Shown: positions 55,071-64,000 of the stretch, piece by piece
Layout of the letters: each line of letters opens with the position of its first letter
Position numbering within the stretch: position 1 is the first letter of the stretch
Assembly: GCA_020184695.1 (NCBI GenBank)
Contig: JAANOX010000017.1
Location: forward strand, 248,001 to 312,000
Direction: 5' to 3'
From: Histomonas meleagridis 2922-C6/04-290x
Lineage: Eukaryota; Protista; Parabasalia
Length of the DNA stretch: 64,000 nt
Made by a program: the position numbers and the translations under genes
Notes under the pieces: generated by a model
The model's input: the letters and a program-made list of their open reading frames with translations, nothing else
The model's database searches: none
Told to the model about the DNA's origin: nothing

Positions 55071-56146
55071 CGTGTTTTTGTGAATAATTTGATCGTTTCT
55101 TGTTCGACCAAAGCAAAAAAATATTTGGAAAAATCAAAATTTTTTGCAACAAATGATTTAACCATTGACACCAAGACACATCGATTGGAAAACATAGCAT
55201 CTTCAAATTAAACTTATTTTTGTAAAATCCAAATGAGTGTGGTGACCGTTAATTTTTGTCGTGTTGTTTTATTTGGACTATGTTCTTCTTTAATTATTTT
55301 CTTATAAAGCTCCAAATCACTCTTTGGTATTTTTTCATAATTTTCTAAAAAGGCATCACAAAATATACCATATTTCTTCATTATAATGTATTTTTGCAAA
55401 ATAATATGAGTCAATGTTTTTAATAGAATTAATTAAATTTCTTTCAATCCTTTCTTGCAAGAACATAATAAGATTCTTCATAATATAATTTAATGGTATT
55501 ATGTCAAAAAAGATTAATTATCGATGGATATATAATTTTTTTTTTTCTTCCACTTGTATTAGCTACTGAATCAATAAAGTAACTTACAAACCTGTGATAA
55601 AAGTTGAAATGTTGGCTGAACAGAAAATTCAATATTTTTTTTTAAATAAATCAAAAAATTCTATATTAAATATAATTCTTTCAAGATCTAAAAGTGTTTG
55701 ATGTCTTCTTTCATTATGTTTTACAATGACAGCTTGAGGTTTTCAGCTAAGTATCAATTACATATTTGAAAATGTCAAATTTTGAAAATGAAATAAAAGA
55801 TTACATTCACACCCATTGTTTTTATTTCACAATAGCCAAATATTTCGGTTATGTAAGGAACCTTTGCATAACATCTCTGACAATTTCAATTTTTTCTCAA
55901 GAGACTTCTAACAAAAAATCGAAATAATAATTACACCACCGATACGCGTAAACTATACAAAAACATGAAGGTCAAAACCGCAAAAACGTTCAATTTTTGG
56001 GATTTCCCCAAAATTATAAAAATAATGATAAACAATTTTCAAGAAAGGTAGAACCGTGTATATCGAGCATACTATTATCCAAATTATAAGGTAATAACAT
56101 CATTTTATGATAGGATATCTTTATTTTACCCGACCCTCAAAAAATA

Positions 56147-56154
56147 AACGGTTT
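56147..56154 (+). promoter_or_regulatory. M3-like motif upstream of the TKL kinase
   Basis: AACGGTTT, 43-50 nt before the ATG. Confidence 0.4.
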
Positions 56155-56196
56155 AATCACCGGTAACGAAAATAATTATTCAAAAATTTTAAAAAT

Positions 56197-57102
56197 ATGA
56201 ACAGTGGTGGTGCCGTCAATATTGATGATTTTTCTTTCCTTAAAGAACTTGGTCGAGGTGGATGTGGTGAAGTTTGGCTTGGAGTTCACAAACCAACAGG
56301 AACTCAAGTTGCAATTAAAAAACTTTTTGTTGATCCTCAAATCCCTGTTGTTTTCGAGCATTACAGGAGGGAAGTAGAAATCCTTGCAAAATGCAAATTT
56401 CCATGCGTTTTACATCTTTTCGGGTACACATTAAATCAACCCTTATGCATTATCACGCCATATATAACAGGTGGATCATTATTTGATCATTTAGTCAAAC
56501 GTTCAGTATATCCACCTCTTGATGGTACACAAAAGACAATCATTGCAATGGGAATCACATATGCTATGATGCGACTTCACGACCTCAACATTATCCACCG
56601 TGATCTTAAGTCAATGAATGTTCTTCTTGATGAAAATCTTTTACCAGTCGTTTGTGATTTCGGAATCTCAAAAGTTGTAGGCGAATCACCGACACAGATG
56701 ACAGTTTCCATTGGTACACCACACTGGATGGCACCGGAGCAGTTCAAAAGCAACGATTATGATGGGAAAGTCGATGTTTACTCATTTGCCATGTTATTGT
56801 ACGAAATGCTCACAGAAAAACTCCCATTCACTGGAAAGAACTTTCACCAGGTAGCATATGCAGTTGTTGAGAAAGGAGAACGTCCACACCTTCCACGTCA
56901 TGGAAACAGTTCGATTTCAAGTCTCATTAAAACTTGTTGGAACCAAAACCCCAAAAAAAGGCCAACATTCAGAGAAATATTTTACTTGTTCCTTGAAGGA
57001 AAGGTGAAATGGGATGGAACAAACCATAAAAGTGTGAAAAAATTTTCATATTGTTTGATGGAGGCCGATAAAGAATACAGAGGATTGACAAAGTCAAAAT
57101 AA
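56197..57102 (+). CDS. TKL-group protein kinase
   Basis: LGRGGCGEVW, VAIKKL, IIHRDLKSMNVLL, CDFGISK, IGTPHWMAPE, VDVYSFAMLLYEML. Confidence 0.92.
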   Translation: MNSGGAVNIDDFSFLKELGRGGCGEVWLGVHKPTGTQVAIKKLFVDPQIPVVFEHYRREVEILAKCKFPCVLHLFGYTLNQPLCIITPYITGGSLFDHLVKRSVYPPLDGTQKTIIAMGITYAMMRLHDLNIIHRDLKSMNVLLDENLLPVVCDFGISKVVGESPTQMTVSIGTPHWMAPEQFKSNDYDGKVDVYSFAMLLYEMLTEKLPFTGKNFHQVAYAVVEKGERPHLPRHGNSSISSLIKTCWNQNPKKRPTFREIFYLFLEGKVKWDGTNHKSVKKFSYCLMEADKEYRGLTKSK

Positions 57103-57632
57103 TGTCAACGATACGAGTAAACTTTAGATATTTGTGAGACAAACAGATTTTTTCATTCAAAATATTTTTGACATTCTCTGAAACTTATTGACAATCATCA
57201 AGAAGAAAAAATCATTTAAAGGCATTAGTAAGATATTTAAAAATAGCAGCAGTGCTATAAAATATGGATCTGAATAATATTCGATGTTAATTCTACTTGT
57301 TAAGTGAATGAAAATAAAATCATGTACAAAAGAAATTAAACTAAAATACAGCTAATAAATGTATTGGAAACTCCCAAGTTGTGCCCAAGAATATTTCAAT
57401 AAATTCGAAACTGAAGTGCATATTTTGCAATGATATTTTATAAAGCAAGAGCTTTTGATATTTGTTAATGACTTTATATTTACCTTAATGAAATTTATTA
57501 TTTTTTACTTTTAAAATCCTTTTCTTTATTGAAATTCCAGTGCCAAATGAATATCTTCATTCCCATTTTCAAAAAATTTTGGTAAAATATAACCGTCACT
57601 TCCACCTAACAAAATTTTTATTTAAAAAATCC

Positions 57633-60600
57633 ATGAATCGGCTAATTTCTAACATTTTAACATCATTGCTTAATGAGTACATTGAACCGATTCGTGGATG
57701 CCAACTTGGTGTAGCAATATGGAGTGGGAATGTACAACTTCAAGATGTAGAAATCAAATCTTCAGCTCTTGTCAAGCATGGGATTCCAATCAAAATCACT
57801 AAAGGCATCATCAAGACAGTGTCTCTTCATTTACCATGGAAATCAATAAAATCAGAATCATGTATTGTAAATATCAATGGTGTTTATATTATCGCACATT
57901 TTGATTCATCAATTATTACTCAGCAACCCAACAAAGAATCTGTATTAGATGAACTGGAGCAAGCCTTTAAAGAAAACAACACGAATACAAAAAGATTTCG
58001 AAATGGAATCAGAACCATAATTGTAGACAATCTAATTTTCCGCATTCAAAATGTTCATATTAGAATTGAATATTCACATAACAATCATTTTTTTTCGATT
58101 GGTATTTTATTACATAAATTTAAAAAATATTCAATTGATCAAAATGGAAAGAAAACATTTAATAATTCGACAACCAATGTCACAACCAATTATAAGCTCA
58201 TTGCGAAAGGCTTAAACATATATATGGATTCTGATCCTATAAATTATGATTTAGATATGCTTCAACAAGAATCGAATCATTTATATATAATTCGAAATTT
58301 TTCATTTAATTCCACAATCAAAACCAATAAAACCGAAGGTAAAATGCACAAAGAAATTAGTATTGATATTGCAAATCTTGATATTACATTAAATCATAAT
58401 CAATACATTGGAATTTTAGAAATACAAAAGCGTCAAATAATGGAACAATTAAAACAACGATATTATATATGTGGAAAACCTGAACATTTACCTAAAAAAA
58501 CAGATCAACATTCATCAATTCTTTGGTGGCAATATATTCATAAATGTACAATTGAGAAAAGATATCCAAATCGAATTAATGTTAATGAAGTTATAACAAT
58601 GTTAAAATATCGAACAATATATTATCAATTTTGGAAAATTAAAAAAGAAATGTCAGCAGAAGAGTTTAAGAATTCATATAATTATTTACCTTTCCAAAGT
58701 ATTGAAAGATCAATTGACTTAAATACTATTTTAATTTTAAGGGATTATTCGGAATATAAATTATCGAAAGAAAAGAAACAACATGTGTTTGATTTAGATG
58801 ATATAAATACTATTGTGAAAATATCCGATAATTATGAGTTGAAATCTTCTTTAACAATAATAAATTTTGATAAAATTAATTTGGATTTGTATAAAGATAA
58901 CAATAAAATAATATCTTTAAATATGAATAAATTAATTGGAATATTAAAAACTATTGAAGAAAATACTTCGATTTCTTTTATATATAATAATTTAAAGATT
59001 TCTAATTTGAATAATGTTATTTTGGAACAAAATAATATAATCGATAATAATGGATTTGTCATCGAATATAGATTTAATGAGAAAATTTTATCTGTAATTG
59101 GAAACGCTTCTGTTTTCTCATTAGATATAAACATTATGCAAAAATTAAAAGAATTTTTTGATCAAGAAACTTTTAGTAAGAAAATTAAAGATAAACAAAA
59201 TACAAAATTTCCTTTTAAAGTTTCTGTTCATCTTTGTAATCAAAAAATTCAAGTTGAAAATTTCCCTTTAACTTTTAATATTGAAACATTTTTAGTGAAT
59301 GAAAATAATAGTAATGAATTAGAATTAAATTTAAATAATTTATCAATTTTGTTTAATGATTCGATAATTTGTTCAAATATAAATTCAAAATTATATGTTG
59401 ATATAAATAACGAAATTAAAATAAATTTAAATGTACCGAATATGAATATTATTTTAGAAAGAGATTTTTATTTAGAAATATATAAATTTTTAAACAATTC
59501 ACCTAAAACGACTAATAATAAATCAATGAATGATTTTATATTTAATATAGAAATAGAAAATATTTTGTTAAATATAAATAACCAAATAATTTCATTGTTT
59601 AACTTCGATGCTAAAATACGTAAATTAGCAAATCAAACAAATGTTTGTTTTTTAGTCCAAAAAATAAATTGTATAAATGATAAAAATGAATTATTAATTG
59701 AATTTAATGAAAGTAATTTATATATATTTTCTTCTGATGATAAAAACTTATATAAAATTTGTTCGAATAATCCAATAATAGGAATTGATTTCGATTTTAT
59801 TTTTAAAATTCTTGAGTTTATTAAAATTGAAAAAATTAATGAAAATATAAATCAAAATTCTAAAATAAATCAATTTGAAATTGATTTAATATCACCGAAA
59901 ATACAAATAATTTTACCAACAGAAACAAACTCAATAAAACTTAACACGAATTTTAATAAAATATTTATGAAAGATTCGAAAATATTGTTTACAAATTTCA
60001 TTGCGTCATTTGATAATGATATAATTTCAAGTCCAACTGATTTCGAAATCTTTTTACAAGAAAACAAAGAAATTAAAATGAATATTAACACATTTATTGC
60101 GAAAATTAATTCGAAACAATTTCGAATATTAATTGAAGCAGTAAATTATATTATTTATAATATGAAAGAAATATTTCCAAAACAAAATAAAGAAAAAAGT
60201 TTAACATTTTATGTAACATTACCAAATATTAATATATTTCTTGAGAATGATTTCGAAGTTAAACTTCAAACATTAACTTTTGTGATTACTAATGAAGAAA
60301 ATACACTTAAAGTTGATTATACTAATATAAAAGATTTGATTTTATTAAAGAATTTTGTTGAGTTTAATGATCTTGAAATGAAACAAAATGGTAACGATGT
60401 AAAAGTTTGGATTAATTATTCACCGGAATTATATTTTCATGAATCCACAACACATCGAATATATAAATTTTTCTTAAATAAAATCCCAAAAATAATTAAA
60501 TATAAACCAAAAGAAATCAAAACTACAAAAGTAAAAATATATTTAAATAAAAAAGTTTCAGCGATTTTATTAAATGATAATCAATTTTTCGGTACTTTTA

Positions 60601-63600
60601 ATTCTAATAAAACAAAAATTTTAGTTAAAATATCTGTTGACGTTGAATATTTCGGAATAACATTTTATAACCCGATAATTTCAACTAATAAATTTTCTTC
60701 TTTAATCTTCGCTAATACAAACAATGATACGAAATTAACATTTTCTTTAATAAAAGATCAAATTGAATTAACTTCAGATTATCTTTTTATATCATTTTAT
60801 TATCCATATTTAATGGACATTATAAAATATTTTAAAAAGATTATAACGTTAGATGAAATCTTCGAATATTCTCCAATTGAAATTAAACTTTATAAATATA
60901 CTTTAAACATTCAAAAATTAATAATTCAAATGTTATCATTCGATGAAAGTTTCCAATCAAATGGAATATATTTCGAAATTTCATCTTTTTCATTTCAAAC
61001 AATGTATTCATTAATAAAGTTTTCGATTAATAGTGATATAATAAATATTTTTGATATAAATAAAAATAAATTTGGTAATATATCAAATGTTGATATTACA
61101 ATGGAATTTGACATTAAAAACACAATTCCGAAATTAGCAGAAGGTTTTGATGAAAGCATTTTGGATAACTTTAAGAATAATAATAAGAATTATTTACATA
61201 CAATAAAACTTTTAATTAGTATTCCACAAATTAATTTCATATATGGGAATAAACAAAATTTGGAATTTCTTAACTCAATTAAGTTTTTATTTGATTTGTC
61301 TAAATATAGAACTGCATTTCCATTAAAATTGGATTGTTTCGTTGAAGTAAATAAAGGAAATATAACATTTTCTTCATTTACTGATTTAACTGTTTCATTA
61401 ATAAAATATCATTTAAATAATAATACTCATGAAATAAATATTAATAAAATTTGTATGGATTCATATCCAAATTTATTATCTTTAAAAGAAGATAATAATT
61501 TTATTACTATAAAAGCTACAAAAGAACAAATTGATGTACATGTAAAAGAGATAATTATATTAATGGAATTTGAAATTATTCGAAAAATTATATTAATTTT
61601 AATGAATTCTGCATTTGTGAAATTTGAATATTCACCGAAAACAGCAAAAAAGCCAAAAATAAATTTGGAATTACTTAAAATTAAAACATTAATTCATTAT
61701 CATAATATCTTTTTAAGTCTTTTATTTAATTGTAATTTAATTCGTGAAAACACTAAATTCGAAATCGAATGTTATGGAATTAATTCCAAATTTTATGATC
61801 AAAACATTTCGAAATTTTTCCCATCGATTTTAGAGAATTTTAATTTCCATATTTTATTAAATCTAAATAATTTAATATCAATAACATCTAAATCATTTGA
61901 ATTAAAACTTAGTTCGAAAGATATTTATTCATTTATTACATTATTTCATCATTATTATCCTAAACTTAAGAAAATGAAAAACAAATCAAAAAATAAAATG
62001 AAAATATTTCAAAACATAAAACTTAAAATTGATTCATTTCTAATTACATTATTTGAAGATAATCGATCAAATAAAAATGGTAAACCTTTAATCCGATTTA
62101 ATATATCGAAAATTAAATATAACTCAATAAAATCGAAGTTTTTAATGAATCAATCAACTATAAGTTATTTTAATTATAATACAAATTATTGGGATTTAAT
62201 TTTAGAGCCTTTTTCGATATATTCTAATGTATATCAATTCGAAAATAAATTCTTAATGAAAAACACAAAAATCGAAGCAATAAAAATAAATTTGTCACAT
62301 AAATTTTTATATGATATGATACAAATATTTTCACATATTAATGATTATATAAATCAAGAAAATCAAATTTTACCTGAATTAATTATTGAAAACAATTCTG
62401 GAAAATCAACGATAATTCTTTTATCAAATAATAAAAAATTTGTGTTAAAAAATAATAAACAAATTTCTTTATCAAAAATGACCGAATTTATAATAGAAAA
62501 TGAATCCGGAACATATAAAATTAATAATAATAACATCGATTTACAATTTCCGACATATTTATCATCAAGATTAAACATATCATCGATTCGAAAAGAACAA
62601 ATTCAATATATTTATATTTCGTCATTTATATTATTTAATAATAAAACAAATATTTCATTAACTATTATGACAAATACAAATTATGTAATAAACTTAGAAC
62701 CAAATCATTTAACTGCTTATCCTTATGATTTAGAAACATTTCAATCATTTAACTTTGGTAAATATACAAAAAACATACAAATAAATTCATTAAAAAAACA
62801 ATCGATTATTTATAAGTTACCAAATACTTTAGGTTTAATTATAAGTTATGAATTTAATAAAGAAAAAGGTTCAACAATAATTACTATTAAGCCACCAATA
62901 GTATTTCATAATTTATTAGATAAAACAATAAAAATTAATATATTTAATGTTAAAATGAATTTTTTGCTTTCACAAAATGATGAAAAAGAAGTTTATATTG
63001 GTGATGAATTTGTACATTTTTCAATTGAATATAATAAAATTACATCGAAAGAAGGAAGATATTATTTAAATGATAATAAAATATTTCCAATTGAGTTTAA
63101 ACGAAATTCCTTTCCTTTGTTAATAAAAGAAGAAAGCAAACAATATCATTTTTATATATATGGATCTTTATATGTACAAAATAATATAAATGTAAATATT
63201 ATTTTGACATTAAAGAATTCGAATAATAAAAAATGGTTAATTAAAAAGAATAGTTCGAAAATTATTGGTGATTCATTTCATATCGAAAATAATAAATCTT
63301 TACTTTTATCTATAGAATGTAATAAATTTAAATCATCGAATTATTTAAATTCTTTCATTTCTGGTATTAATTCTTGTATATTATTAACTTCAAATCAATT
63401 TAAAGATTTATATTTTCCTTTACAATATTTAACGACATTTACTGGTATTAAAACTAGAACTTCAATAATACAATTTTCATATTTTTTAGTAATTAAAAAT
63501 TCAACTTCTTCAAATATTTATTTGAAATCTAAATCATTAGAAAACGAAATTATATTTTGTTTTAAGCCTAACGAAGAAAAACCTATAAATTTAACGAATG

Positions 63601-64000
63601 AAATGTTTTTGTTTTTATTTTCTTTTGATGAAAACTTTAATGAATTCATCGAATTAGTTTTGGATTCACCAATACATTCGACATTTCAAATTAATAATAA
63701 AAACATTGAAATCGAAATTAAACAAAATAATAATTCAGCATTAATTGTTGAATTTATTGATGCGATTTTACCACAACCATTAATGATAACAAATTATTTG
63801 CAGTCGGATATAATAAAACTTGTTCAATGTGATATAATTATTCAACCAATGGTTACTACATTAATAAGTTTTAAAGATTTAAATAATCAATCCGAAATAT
63901 TAATAGAAATCAATAATAAATCATATAAATTATCAATAACTCAACTTTTTACACCAATAAAATTTGATGATAATTTGTATATCGAATTAAAAATATTAGA
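57633..64000 (+). CDS. VPS13: VPS13-family bridge-like lipid transfer protein (chorein-N); 3' end runs off the window
   Basis: MNRLISNILTSLLNEYIEPI...LGVAIWSGNVQLQDVEIK..IPIKITKGIIKTVSLHLPWKSI is the chorein-N domain. YWDLILEPF near 62190 matches the VPS13 WEPxIEPx motif. The ORF track shows no terminated ORF in this frame. Confidence 0.85.
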   Translation, partial: MNRLISNILTSLLNEYIEPIRGCQLGVAIWSGNVQLQDVEIKSSALVKHGIPIKITKGIIKTVSLHLPWKSIKSESCIVNINGVYIIAHFDSSIITQQPNKESVLDELEQAFKENNTNTKRFRNGIRTIIVDNLIFRIQNVHIRIEYSHNNHFFSIGILLHKFKKYSIDQNGKKTFNNSTTNVTTNYKLIAKGLNIYMDSDPINYDLDMLQQESNHLYIIRNFSFNSTIKTNKTEGKMHKEISIDIANLDITLNHNQYIGILEIQKRQIMEQLKQRYYICGKPEHLPKKTDQHSSILWWQYIHKCTIEKRYPNRINVNEVITMLKYRTIYYQFWKIKKEMSAEEFKNSYNYLPFQSIERSIDLNTILILRDYSEYKLSKEKKQHVFDLDDINTIVKISDNYELKSSLTIINFDKINLDLYKDNNKIISLNMNKLIGILKTIEENTSISFIYNNLKISNLNNVILEQNNIIDNNGFVIEYRFNEKILSVIGNASVFSLDINIMQKLKEFFDQETFSKKIKDKQNTKFPFKVSVHLCNQKIQVENFPLTFNIETFLVNENNSNELELNLNNLSILFNDSIICSNINSKLYVDINNEIKINLNVPNMNIILERDFYLEIYKFLNNSPKTTNNKSMNDFIFNIEIENILLNINNQIISLFNFDAKIRKLANQTNVCFLVQKINCINDKNELLIEFNESNLYIFSSDDKNLYKICSNNPIIGIDFDFIFKILEFIKIEKINENINQNSKINQFEIDLISPKIQIILPTETNSIKLNTNFNKIFMKDSKILFTNFIASFDNDIISSPTDFEIFLQENKEIKMNINTFIAKINSKQFRILIEAVNYIIYNMKEIFPKQNKEKSLTFYVTLPNINIFLENDFEVKLQTLTFVITNEENTLKVDYTNIKDLILLKNFVEFNDLEMKQNGNDVKVWINYSPELYFHESTTHRIYKFFLNKIPKIIKYKPKEIKTTKVKIYLNKKVSAILLNDNQFFGTFNSNKTKILVKISVDVEYFGITFYNPIISTNKFSSLIFANTNNDTKLTFSLIKDQIELTSDYLFISFYYPYLMDIIKYFKKIITLDEIFEYSPIEIKLYKYTLNIQKLIIQMLSFDESFQSNGIYFEISSFSFQTMYSLIKFSINSDIINIFDINKNKFGNISNVDITMEFDIKNTIPKLAEGFDESILDNFKNNNKNYLHTIKLLISIPQINFIYGNKQNLEFLNSIKFLFDLSKYRTAFPLKLDCFVEVNKGNITFSSFTDLTVSLIKYHLNNNTHEININKICMDSYPNLLSLKEDNNFITIKATKEQIDVHVKEIIILMEFEIIRKIILILMNSAFVKFEYSPKTAKKPKINLELLKIKTLIHYHNIFLSLLFNCNLIRENTKFEIECYGINSKFYDQNISKFFPSILENFNFHILLNLNNLISITSKSFELKLSSKDIYSFITLFHHYYPKLKKMKNKSKNKMKIFQNIKLKIDSFLITLFEDNRSNKNGKPLIRFNISKIKYNSIKSKFLMNQSTISYFNYNTNYWDLILEPFSIYSNVYQFENKFLMKNTKIEAIKINLSHKFLYDMIQIFSHINDYINQENQILPELIIENNSGKSTIILLSNNKKFVLKNNKQISLSKMTEFIIENESGTYKINNNNIDLQFPTYLSSRLNISSIRKEQIQYIYISSFILFNNKTNISLTIMTNTNYVINLEPNHLTAYPYDLETFQSFNFGKYTKNIQINSLKKQSIIYKLPNTLGLIISYEFNKEKGSTIITIKPPIVFHNLLDKTIKINIFNVKMNFLLSQNDEKEVYIGDEFVHFSIEYNKITSKEGRYYLNDNKIFPIEFKRNSFPLLIKEESKQYHFYIYGSLYVQNNINVNIILTLKNSNNKKWLIKKNSSKIIGDSFHIENNKSLLLSIECNKFKSSNYLNSFISGINSCILLTSNQFKDLYFPLQYLTTFTGIKTRTSIIQFSYFLVIKNSTSSNIYLKSKSLENEIIFCFKPNEEKPINLTNEMFLFLFSFDENFNEFIELVLDSPIHSTFQINNKNIEIEIKQNNNSALIVEFIDAILPQPLMITNYLQSDIIKLVQCDIIIQPMVTTLISFKDLNNQSEILIEINNKSYKLSITQLFTPIKFDDNLYIELKIL

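Overview
AT-rich eukaryotic DNA, almost certainly from a parabasalid (trichomonad, Tritrichomonas-like). The evidence is an IBP39-type initiator-binding-domain gene, a DUF3447-ankyrin gene, a BspA-like relic and intron-poor housekeeping genes. About 16 intact-looking genes are present: a centriolin-like LRR/coiled-coil (runs off the left edge), a USP9/24/34-like deubiquitinase, DYRK/Yak1 and TKL kinases, an IBD protein, an Sfi1-like repeat protein, a CFAP52-like WD40, a small acidic ORF, Sec61alpha, a MATE transporter, a bacterial-type PhzF, a Pumilio, a GCP6-like protein, a saccharopine-dehydrogenase-like ORF, Nog2, and a VPS13-family gene (runs off the right edge). Mobile DNA comprises a full-length pogo-like transposon (TA TSD, ~60-bp TIRs), a second pogo relic, and a 398-bp hAT-type MITE with an 8-bp TSD. 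The most unusual signal is two unrelated ankyrin-repeat genes (25524-28776 +, 46934-48684 -). In both, every ankyrin repeat is interrupted at the same position by a related AT-rich, frame-breaking intervening sequence. 17 of 21 such inserts are exactly 80 nt, most lack GT-AG ends, and none has the trichomonad ACTAAC branch motif, while the 90-nt ankyrin 'exons' stay intact. This is a candidate non-canonical intron or excision system. All calls come from motif recognition by eye; no database search was run.
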